This document shows, in pieces, positions 1 through 6,277 of a stretch of DNA of 31,753 nucleotides. The notes beneath the pieces are model-generated. The model worked only from the letters and a program-made list of their open reading frames with translations, ran no database searches and was not told the origin of the DNA. Position 1 is the stretch's first letter; each line of letters starts with the position of its first letter. The position numbers and the translations under genes were made by a program. This DNA comes from a virus (Duplodnaviria > Caudoviricetes): positions 1 to 31,753 of the IMG/VR virus record IMGVR_UViG_3300020043_002756; one strand, given 5' to 3'.

Positions 1-3
1 ATG

Positions 4-76
4 CCATAACTGGCAAACGACCAACGGGAGTGAAGTCCAATGAGCGAAGCGAATGAAGTTGATGGCGTTGTTATGC
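4..76 (-). repeat. attC-like site A1
   Basis: CCATAAC(4-10)...GTTATGC(70-76); contains GTCC and GCGAAGC motifs; the stem is weaker than in the other sites. Confidence 0.65.
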
Positions 77-339
77 GCTGGTGTAGCGAGTTGCCAACAG
101 TTGCAGATTTGAATGGAAAATCAGAGGAATATTACTGGATGCGCGGCGGAGAATTGAATAGGCTAGTTATTGTAAGATGTAACAATGGCGTTATATCGAG
201 CGTCGATTACGGTGTGAGAAAGTTTAGAGCAGAAGTTAATTTTCAAGTTTTTGCTGAAAACTGGAGGAGCTGCATTTGGCGTGATGATTTTCCCGAAGGC
301 TTTGAATTTTATGGGCCAATTGCGAGGCCATTCGCATAA
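40..339 (+). CDS. Cassette hypothetical protein (start at 40 inside attC, or at ATG 73 in the core)
   Basis: 99 aa ORF; GGGAG at 26-30; stop TAA lies within CGCATAAC, the complement of GTTATGCG at 70-77. Confidence 0.7.
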   Translation: MSEANEVDGVVMRWCSELPTVADLNGKSEEYYWMRGGELNRLVIVRCNNGVISSVDYGVRKFRAEVNFQVFAENWRSCIWRDDFPEGFEFYGPIARPFA

Positions 340-387
340 CCCCGCTATTTTGCGGCAGAATGTCCGCCAACAATGCTGTTGTTAGGC
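334..387 (-). repeat. attC-like site A2
   Basis: GCATAAC-CCCGCTATTTTGCGG-CAGAATGT-CCGCCAACAATGCTGTT-GTTAGGC; near-identical to 31384-31438 in reverse. Confidence 0.85.
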
Positions 388-411
388 TGATTTTAACTTG
401 GAGATTGTGAA

Positions 412-630
412 ATGAAACCACAAGAGTTTACTGAATTTGAAAAAGCAAAGCCAGAAAAGAACAAGCACTTGATTGTTACAAATAATATAAGCGCAACCAA
501 TGCGCATGGGGAAATGTCGCACGTTTGGCTGACTACTTTCTGGTGCGAAAGTGAAAAGTATGACTGCATAACAACCTTTGATGAAGGTGACAGGCAAATA
601 CTTGGACTGACTCACTGGAAATACGCCTAA
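412..630 (+). CDS. Cassette hypothetical protein (C-terminal THW motif, as in DUF551-like small phage proteins)
   Basis: 72 aa; GGAG RBS; stop within GCCTAAC, the complement of GTTAGGC at 381-387. Confidence 0.75.
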   Translation: MKPQEFTEFEKAKPEKNKHLIVTNNISATNAHGEMSHVWLTTFWCESEKYDCITTFDEGDRQILGLTHWKYA

Positions 631-698
631 CCGTAGCTGTAAACGGTTGCGAAGCAATCCGATGAACGAAGTGAATGTATTTAACAGCGTTGTTATAC
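625..698 (-). repeat. attC-like site A3
   Basis: GCCTAAC...GCTGT-AAA / TTTAACAGC stem with a bulge...GTTATAC; inner CGG-TTGC GAA GCAATCCG hairpin. Confidence 0.8.
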
Positions 699-714
699 GC
701 TAAGGAGAACGATT

Positions 715-1107
715 ATGAAGAATGCAAGATATATGCGAGTTGATGCAGGTGTGCGTTACTGGGAAGATGCAGAAATAAATGGCGAAAGCAAGGAAGACGG
801 TAGCAATGTGCCATTCAAGAATGGGGGAAGCTGGCAGCCTGTAATTGACTTAATTGATGGCCGAGTTGTTGGATGGCCTGAAGATACAACAGCAAGCTTT
901 CATTTTAAAGTGTGCGATGCTGGGAATTATTATTTGCTTGATGCTGATACAAATATGATAGCAGAAAAACTAAATGGTTATGTGCCGGATGGCTTATGTC
1001 ATGGAGATAATGGCTACGGTGATTACATAATTTTTAATGTAGACAAATACGGTAAAATTGATAAGTACCGTTTGAATATTGATGACGATGAATGGGTGTG
1101 CGTATAA
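715..1107 (+). CDS. Cassette hypothetical phage protein
   Basis: 130 aa; AAGGAG RBS; ends in GCGTATAAC, the complement of GTTATACGC at 692-700. Confidence 0.85.
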   Translation: MKNARYMRVDAGVRYWEDAEINGESKEDGSNVPFKNGGSWQPVIDLIDGRVVGWPEDTTASFHFKVCDAGNYYLLDADTNMIAEKLNGYVPDGLCHGDNGYGDYIIFNVDKYGKIDKYRLNIDDDEWVCV

Positions 1108-1167
1108 CCGTTGCGTAATGGGCTGCGATAGCAGTCCAGCGAAGCGACATTAACGCGGTTGTTATAA
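1102..1167 (-). repeat. attC-like site A4
   Basis: GTATAAC...GCGT-AATG / CATTAACGC stem; GG-CTGC / GCAGTCC inner stem...GTTATAA. Confidence 0.8.
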
Positions 1168-1179
1168 ACCGGAGTATTT

Positions 1180-1791
1180 ATGAAAGTATTAATTGCATGT
1201 GAAAGTAGCGGAACAGTGCGCAATGCGTTCAGGGCGCTAGGGCATGATGCCTGGAGTTGCGATTTACTGGATGCTGATGACGGTAGTCAATACCACATAA
1301 AAGGCGATTGCATGACAGCAATACATGGCTATAAAACATGGGATTTGTTAATAGCACACCCGCCATGCACTTACTTAAGTGTTAGCGGGATGCACTGGAC
1401 GACACGAGGATTGCGTGACCCACAACTAACAGAGGATGCTTTTGAGTTTGCGCGGTTACTATTTGATGCGCCTATTGATAAAATTTGCATTGAAAACCCT
1501 GTTAGCATTATAAGCAGTCGAATTAGAAATCCAGACCAAATTATACAGCCGTATCAGTTTGGCCATGACGCAAGCAAAAAAACATGCTTGTGGCTTAAGG
1601 GATTGCCGTTGTTGCAGCACACAAATTTTGTTCCTGGGCGTGATGTAGCCGGCAAAAAACGCTGGGCAAACCAAACTGATAGCGGTCAAAATAAATTGCC
1701 GCCATCAAAAGACAGATGGAAACTGAGAAGCAAAACTTATGAAGGTATTGCTAAAGCGATGGCTGAACAGTGGGGCGAAATAGGTTTATAA
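1180..1791 (+). CDS. Cassette-borne DNA cytosine methyltransferase-like protein
   Basis: MKVLIACESSG SAM-binding-like start, catalytic-type HPPC, and ENPV motif; bracketed by GTTATAAACC / GGTTTATAAC. Confidence 0.8.
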   Translation: MKVLIACESSGTVRNAFRALGHDAWSCDLLDADDGSQYHIKGDCMTAIHGYKTWDLLIAHPPCTYLSVSGMHWTTRGLRDPQLTEDAFEFARLLFDAPIDKICIENPVSIISSRIRNPDQIIQPYQFGHDASKKTCLWLKGLPLLQHTNFVPGRDVAGKKRWANQTDSGQNKLPPSKDRWKLRSKTYEGIAKAMAEQWGEIGL

Positions 1792-1842
1792 CCATGCTTT
1801 TTAGCGGCTCGCAGAGTCCGCGCTAGAAAGCTGTTGTTAGGC
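1786..1842 (-). repeat. attC-like site A5
   Basis: TTATAAC...GCTTT / AAAGC and CGG-CTC / GAGTCCG stems...GTTAGGC. Confidence 0.8.
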
Positions 1843-1861
1843 GTGCTTTTGGAGAAAAATT

Positions 1862-2215
1862 ATGCGTGGTGAAGAAATAGCACTGCAAGCAATGAAAAAA
1901 GAACATGCTAGACTTAGAAAAATTGCAGATAAAGCAAAAGCTGAAGTTGATGCGTATTGTTCGGTAGGTAGTGAAATGCTTTCTATTTACGATGAATTAC
2001 GAAAAATAATCGAATCGAAAGAAACAGGTAAACACATTCTTGATAAGTTAAGCACATTGCAAAAGCGAGAGAAAGCAGCAAATAAATTAATGGCAGCAGA
2101 CTTTACAGCAATAAGCGAAAGGCAGTATGTAGCTGAAAGCAACGCAATGGCAATTGCTGGTGAAATATCAAGGCTTGAATTTAGGCTAAATTTGCGAAAT
2201 GGTAAGTACGCCTAA
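1862..2215 (+). CDS. Cassette hypothetical coiled-coil protein
   Basis: 117 aa; GGAG RBS; ends in ACGCCTAAC, the complement of GTTAGGCGT at 1836-1844. Confidence 0.8.
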   Translation: MRGEEIALQAMKKEHARLRKIADKAKAEVDAYCSVGSEMLSIYDELRKIIESKETGKHILDKLSTLQKREKAANKLMAADFTAISERQYVAESNAMAIAGEISRLEFRLNLRNGKYA

Positions 2216-2301
2216 CCCCAAGCTAACAGGTGAGCGAATGAACAAAGTGAATGAAGCGAGTCCAGCGAGTGAAACGAGCGATGTTGAGCGAGTTGTTATG
2301 T
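2210..2301 (-). repeat. attC-like site A6
   Basis: GCCTAAC...GCT-AACA / TGTTGAGC stem with an extra G...GTTATGT; long variable centre. Confidence 0.8.
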
Positions 2302-2507
2302 GTCAAAACCCAACATTGCCGAAGGGTAAAAAATACAAAGAAACGCAGTACTCGACTGTTAAAACACGCAGCGGGAAAGAATCTGTTCCGTTCCTTGGAT
2401 TACCATGCGGGATACATACGGTGCGCTTTTATAACGACAAAGGCGAGATGACGGTAAAAATTAAAACTTGGCTGTCTATGTCCGGGTACGCTTGGTGTGT
2501 ACTTTGA
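2238..2507 (+). CDS. Cassette hypothetical protein (start inside attC at 2238, or at ATG 2298)
   Basis: AGGTGA precedes ATG 2238; unit bracketed by a 13-bp perfect inverted repeat, GTTATGTGTCAAA / TTTGACACATAAC. Confidence 0.65.
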   Translation: MNKVNEASPASETSDVERVVMCQNPTLPKGKKYKETQYSTVKTRSGKESVPFLGLPCGIHTVRFYNDKGEMTVKIKTWLSMSGYAWCVL

Positions 2508-2508
2508 C

Positions 2509-2585
2509 ACATAACCCCTTGCTTTGCAGTGACGAGCAGAGCGAGGAATCCAGCCCGAAGGGCGAGCAACAGCATGTTGTTAAAC
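2509..2585 (-). repeat. attC-like site A7
   Basis: ACATAAC...TGCT-TTGC / GCAACAGCA stem...GTTAAAC; contains a GCCCGAAGGGC minihairpin. Confidence 0.8.
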
Positions 2586-2594
2586 GAGGTAGGT

Positions 2595-2849
2595 ATGAGC
2601 GAAAATATTCTTGGAATTGTTGGGATACTGGCAACTTTAGCATGGACGGCGTATATAGTTTTTGCTTCACGATATACATATCCGACAAATTGCAAAACAA
2701 AACGTGAACAGTTGATAAACAAGCATGGAACACTTGCTGAATTTACAACTGCGGTAAGATTAGCAGAAGAACAATTGTTTTGTACTACTGCTGAAGCAGA
2801 TTTGGCTATTAAAAAATATAAAAACGAACTTGATGAATGTGAACAATAG
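2595..2849 (+). CDS. Cassette membrane-anchored hypothetical protein
   Basis: GAGGT RBS before ATG 2595; N-terminal hydrophobic helix; bracketed by GTTAAACGA / TCGTTTAAC. Confidence 0.75.
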   Translation: MSENILGIVGILATLAWTAYIVFASRYTYPTNCKTKREQLINKHGTLAEFTTAVRLAEEQLFCTTAEADLAIKKYKNELDECEQ

Positions 2850-2852
2850 TTC

Positions 2853-2909
2853 GTTTAACCAAAAATGTAACCGGTAGCGCAGCGTATCCGGTTGACATAG
2901 TTGTTATGC
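2853..2909 (-). repeat. attC-like site A8 (best canonical example)
   Basis: The minus strand reads GCATAAC-AACTA-TGTCAACC-GGATACGCTGCGCTACC-GGTTACA-TTTTTG-GTTAAAC, i.e. R''-5nt-L''(8)-VTS-L'(7)-6nt-R'. Confidence 0.9.
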
Positions 2910-2943
2910 GCTGCACAAACTAACTTAACTTTATAGGTGATTT

Positions 2944-3273
2944 ATGACCGAACAAGCAATTGAACAAGAGATACAAGATAAAGGATTAACCGCGCCACGG
3001 TTAACGCCGGAACTGATTGACGCGGCAATACTTGATGAAGATTATCATGTGTTTGAAAAAACCTGCCTAACCGTTTGCTGCCTTACTTTGCAAAATGGAT
3101 TTACTGTAACTGGTGAAAGTGCGTGTGCAAGCCCTGAAAACTTTAACGCTGAAATTGGCAGAAAGATTGCCCGTGAAAATGCGCGCAATAAAATCTGGAT
3201 GCTTGAAGGTTATCTGCTTAAGAATCGCCTTTTTGTTAAGAAGAATTCTGGCGTTAGTGCTTTATTAGGTTAA
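2944..3273 (+). CDS. Cassette-borne N4 Gp49 / Sf6 gp66 family phage protein
   Basis: Characteristic LxNGFTVTGESACASPENFNAEIGRKIA...IWxLEGYLLK; bracketed by GTTATGCGC / GCGCATAAC. Confidence 0.9.
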   Translation: MTEQAIEQEIQDKGLTAPRLTPELIDAAILDEDYHVFEKTCLTVCCLTLQNGFTVTGESACASPENFNAEIGRKIARENARNKIWMLEGYLLKNRLFVKKNSGVSALLG

Positions 3274-3297
3274 TAACGTGCGCCGCTACCAATGGGC

Positions 3298-3351
3298 GCA
3301 TAACCCTGCTATTTTACGGCTGAAAGTCCGCGCAACAATGCGTAGTTAGGC
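3298..3351 (-). repeat. attC-like site A9
   Basis: GCATAAC-CCTGCTATTTTACGGCTGAAAGTCCGCGCAACAATGCGTA-GTTAGGC; same family as A2. Confidence 0.85.
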
Positions 3352-3363
3352 GCGAGGAGAACG

Positions 3364-3606
3364 ATGATGGAAGATAAAATTATACAAGTAAGCGGTTTTG
3401 GAGTTGAGTATAACAGTGCGACACAGTGCAATTATTTGCTTTGTGCGCTAACCGAATCTGGAAAGGTTTTGTTATCAACTGGTGATGGGGTGTGGATCGA
3501 TGTAAGCCCTAAACCTGCAAGCACTAAGGCTGTGAAAGATTATGGCTTTTGTACATATGGAAGCACATTTCCGTGCAATCCTGCATGTGAGAATGGGTGC
3601 GTATAA
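3364..3606 (+). CDS. Cassette hypothetical protein with Cys-rich C-terminus
   Basis: 80 aa; GAGGAG RBS; stop within GTATAAC. Confidence 0.75.
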   Translation: MMEDKIIQVSGFGVEYNSATQCNYLLCALTESGKVLLSTGDGVWIDVSPKPASTKAVKDYGFCTYGSTFPCNPACENGCV

Positions 3607-3716
3607 CACTTTATTTAATGAACATGCCTACATTTAGACAGGTTCGTTAAATACGGGAACGTAATTTTTAAGTGGTTGTTTTATAAATAATTTAATTCAA
3701 AAAGGTTCGTTAAATA
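3601..3716 (-). other. Array-terminal attI-like element, copy 1
   Basis: Core GTTATAC on the - strand; TATTTAATGAAC(3612-3623) inverted against GGTTCGTTAAATA direct repeats (3641-3653, 3704-3716); IHF-like site at 3669-3681; homologous to 30732-30848. Confidence 0.6.
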
Positions 3717-3725
3717 TGGCAAAAT

Positions 3726-3839
3726 ATGAATGACGATGCTAAGGCGCTGTATATGATGCTGCTTGGCTTCGATGAAATTGATTCGGATATTCAAACAGAA
3801 CAGAATTATGATTTGTTTGCTGAAGGTAATGTAGTATAA
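3726..3839 (+). CDS. Small acidic hypothetical protein (37 aa)
   Basis: Hand-translated ORF MNDDAKALY...DLFAEGNVV; weak RBS. Confidence 0.35.
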   Translation: MNDDAKALYMMLLGFDEIDSDIQTEQNYDLFAEGNVV

Positions 3840-3846
3840 TAAACAC

Positions 3847-3954
3847 ATCCTTGGCAGGATATTAAAGAGTAAGGCTTGTTGTGCGTTCTGGGGGTAACTC
3901 TACCCTTCTGCCAACACCTCGCGAGAGGTGAGAACGTACAACAGGCCTTTTTTT
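3847..3954 (+). ncRNA. Structured leader or antisense-type RNA with terminator-like U-tract
   Basis: TATAAT at 3835-3840; 19-bp stem 3871-3889/3931-3949 with two G-U pairs enclosing two hairpins (one with a GNRA loop), followed by a T-run. Confidence 0.6.
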
Positions 3955-3967
3955 ATGGGTGAGATAA

Positions 3968-6163
3968 ATGGAATATGAAGAGTTCTTGGCTAGAAAAACA
4001 ATACAGCCAATTATTAGCGGGCATACTGCTACTGATTTAAATTCTAACTTATTCGACTTCCAAAAGGTAATAGTTGAGTGGGCTTTAAGACGTGGGCGAG
4101 CTGCTATATTTGCTGATACTGGATTAGGAAAAACACTAATGCAAACATCGTGGGCTGATAATGTAGTAAAGCACACTGGAAAGAATGTGCTTATTGTTGC
4201 GCCTCTTTGTGTTGCGCATCAAACAGTCAATGAGTCATCAAAGTTTGGCATTGATGTTAATTACACTCGCAGTCAGGATGGCGTGAAAGATGGAATAAAT
4301 ATAACCAACTATGAAATGCTAGAACATTTTGATATCGATGAGTTCATTGGCGTAGTTTTGGATGAATCTAGCATTATAAAAAACCGTGATGGAAAAACTA
4401 GAAACGCACTGATTGAATCATGCCGCAACGTGCCGTATAAACTTTCATGCACTGCTACTCCAAGCCCTAATGACTTTATGGAATTGGGCAACCAGGCAGA
4501 ATGGTTAGGCATTGTTACTATGGTTGAGATGTTAGCAATGTTTTTTATCAATGATGCTGGAGATACTGGAACATGGATATTAAAAGGGCATGGGAAGGTT
4601 AAGTTTTGGGAATGGTTGGCTACATGGGCAATTGTGATTAAAACGCCATCGGATTTGGGATTTGATGGCGATAAATACATATTGCCAGAATTGAATATCA
4701 TATCTCACGTTGTTGAATCAAAAGTCACTAACGGGTTGTTTGCTGATATTGCTATGGGATTGATGGAAAGAAACGCAGCAAGAAAAGAGAGCATTGATGA
4801 CCGCGTTGCAAAGTGTGCTGAGATAGTTAATAACACCACAGGTCAATGGGTAGTGTGGTGTAATCGTAATGAAGAATCAGAGAAGCTTTGCGCGGCCATT
4901 GCAGGATCAAAAGACGTGAAAGGCTCTGATAGTATCGACTACAAGGAAAAGACAATAGACGCATTTACAGACGGATCATTACGAGTATTGATAAGCAAAG
5001 CATCCATTTGCGGTTATGGCATGAATTGGCAACATTGCAATAATACTGCATTTGTTGGTTTATCTGATTCATGGGAATCTTATTATCAGGCTATACGCAG
5101 GTTTTGGCGATTTGGTCAAAAGAATGCCGTAAATTGTCATGTTATTAGCGCTGAAAGTGAAGGGGCGGTAGTTGAGAATATCCGCAGAAAAGAAGAACAA
5201 AATAAAACAATGTCAGATGAAATGGTGATACATATGAGCACATACGTTAAAAATGAAGTATTTGGAATTGAACCACAAAAGGCAGAATATGAGCGCCGCG
5301 TTCATCATGGAGATGGATACACATTGCACAATGCTGATTGCATAGAATTAGCACGTGAGATTGAATCTGATAGCGTAGGATTTACTATTTATTCACCGCC
5401 TTTTGCTTCATTATTTACTTATTCAAACAGTGATAGGGATATGGGTAATAGTAAAGGCGAGGGGGAATTCTTCCAGCATTTCAGTTATTTGGTTGATGAA
5501 TTGTTACGGATAACTATACCAGGACGGTTAATGGCTGTTCACTGTATGCAATTGACAACATCAAAGGCTAACGATGGCTTTATCGGCATTCGTGATTTTA
5601 GAGGAGATTTAATCAGGATGTTTATTGATAAAGGATGGATTTACCATAGTGAAGTTTGCATCTGGAAAGATCCAGTAGTAGCAATGCAAAGGACTAAGGC
5701 ATTAGGACTATTACATAAAACGATTAAGAAAGATTCTTCAATGTCACGTCAAGGGTTAGCTGATTATTTAATTGTGTTTAGAAAGCCAGGCCAAAACATA
5801 GTACCTATTTCACATACGCCTGAACAGTTTCCAGTTGATATGTGGCAGCGTTATGCAAGTCCAGTGTGGTTTGATATCAACCAGACTCGAACTTTGAATT
5901 TCAGAGAAGCCAGAGAAGAAGATGATGTAAAACATATATGCCCATTGCAACTTGATGTGATTGAGCGGGCTTTAGAGTTATGGAGCGCGCCTAATGATTT
6001 GGCATTTAGTCCTTTTTTGGGTGTAGGCTCAGAGGGTTATTGTTCAGTTAAAATGGGCAGGAGATTTATAGGTTCAGAATTAAAGCCTAGCTATTTTGAT
6101 CAAGCTGTTAAAAACTTAGCTGATGCTAAACGTGATACTTTAGATTTATTCTCACAGTTATAG
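3968..6163 (+). CDS. SF2 (SNF2-like) helicase fused to an N4-C/N6-A DNA methyltransferase
   Basis: Walker A DTGLGKT, DESS, TATP and QAIRRFWRFGQ motifs; C-terminal SPPF, HICP and SPFLGVGSEG methyltransferase motifs. Confidence 0.9.
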   Translation: MEYEEFLARKTIQPIISGHTATDLNSNLFDFQKVIVEWALRRGRAAIFADTGLGKTLMQTSWADNVVKHTGKNVLIVAPLCVAHQTVNESSKFGIDVNYTRSQDGVKDGINITNYEMLEHFDIDEFIGVVLDESSIIKNRDGKTRNALIESCRNVPYKLSCTATPSPNDFMELGNQAEWLGIVTMVEMLAMFFINDAGDTGTWILKGHGKVKFWEWLATWAIVIKTPSDLGFDGDKYILPELNIISHVVESKVTNGLFADIAMGLMERNAARKESIDDRVAKCAEIVNNTTGQWVVWCNRNEESEKLCAAIAGSKDVKGSDSIDYKEKTIDAFTDGSLRVLISKASICGYGMNWQHCNNTAFVGLSDSWESYYQAIRRFWRFGQKNAVNCHVISAESEGAVVENIRRKEEQNKTMSDEMVIHMSTYVKNEVFGIEPQKAEYERRVHHGDGYTLHNADCIELAREIESDSVGFTIYSPPFASLFTYSNSDRDMGNSKGEGEFFQHFSYLVDELLRITIPGRLMAVHCMQLTTSKANDGFIGIRDFRGDLIRMFIDKGWIYHSEVCIWKDPVVAMQRTKALGLLHKTIKKDSSMSRQGLADYLIVFRKPGQNIVPISHTPEQFPVDMWQRYASPVWFDINQTRTLNFREAREEDDVKHICPLQLDVIERALELWSAPNDLAFSPFLGVGSEGYCSVKMGRRFIGSELKPSYFDQAVKNLADAKRDTLDLFSQL

Positions 6164-6277
6164 TATAATAGTTCTGCGCCCGCTGTTCACAGTGTTAAAA
6201 GTGGTTTCCCTAGTTTCCATGGCGCGCTCCAAAAATAACCAGGGGGAGCTTAAACATTAAAACACTATGGGCAGGTT

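Larger units (their letters stand above)
4..3716 (-). mobile_element. Integron-like gene cassette array A: 9 cassettes, 9 attC-like sites and a terminal attI-like element; open at the left edge
   Basis: Nine TAAC...GTTA imperfect palindromes of 54-92 bp alternate strictly with single ORFs. Each gene is bracketed by 7-13 bp complementary cores (perfect in 8 of 9). Confidence 0.85.

Noticed and set aside
4-3351. CRISPR array or REP/terminator explanation for the intergenic repeats
   Set aside because: The repeats vary in length and sequence, are separated by whole genes, and lack U-tracts. Their cores pair across genes rather than within the repeat.
3596-3623. dif/Xer site (GGTGCGTATAA resembles the XerC arm)
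   Set aside because: There is no TTATGTTAAAT XerD arm at 6-bp spacing, and the XerC-like part belongs to the cassette end and differs in the second copy.
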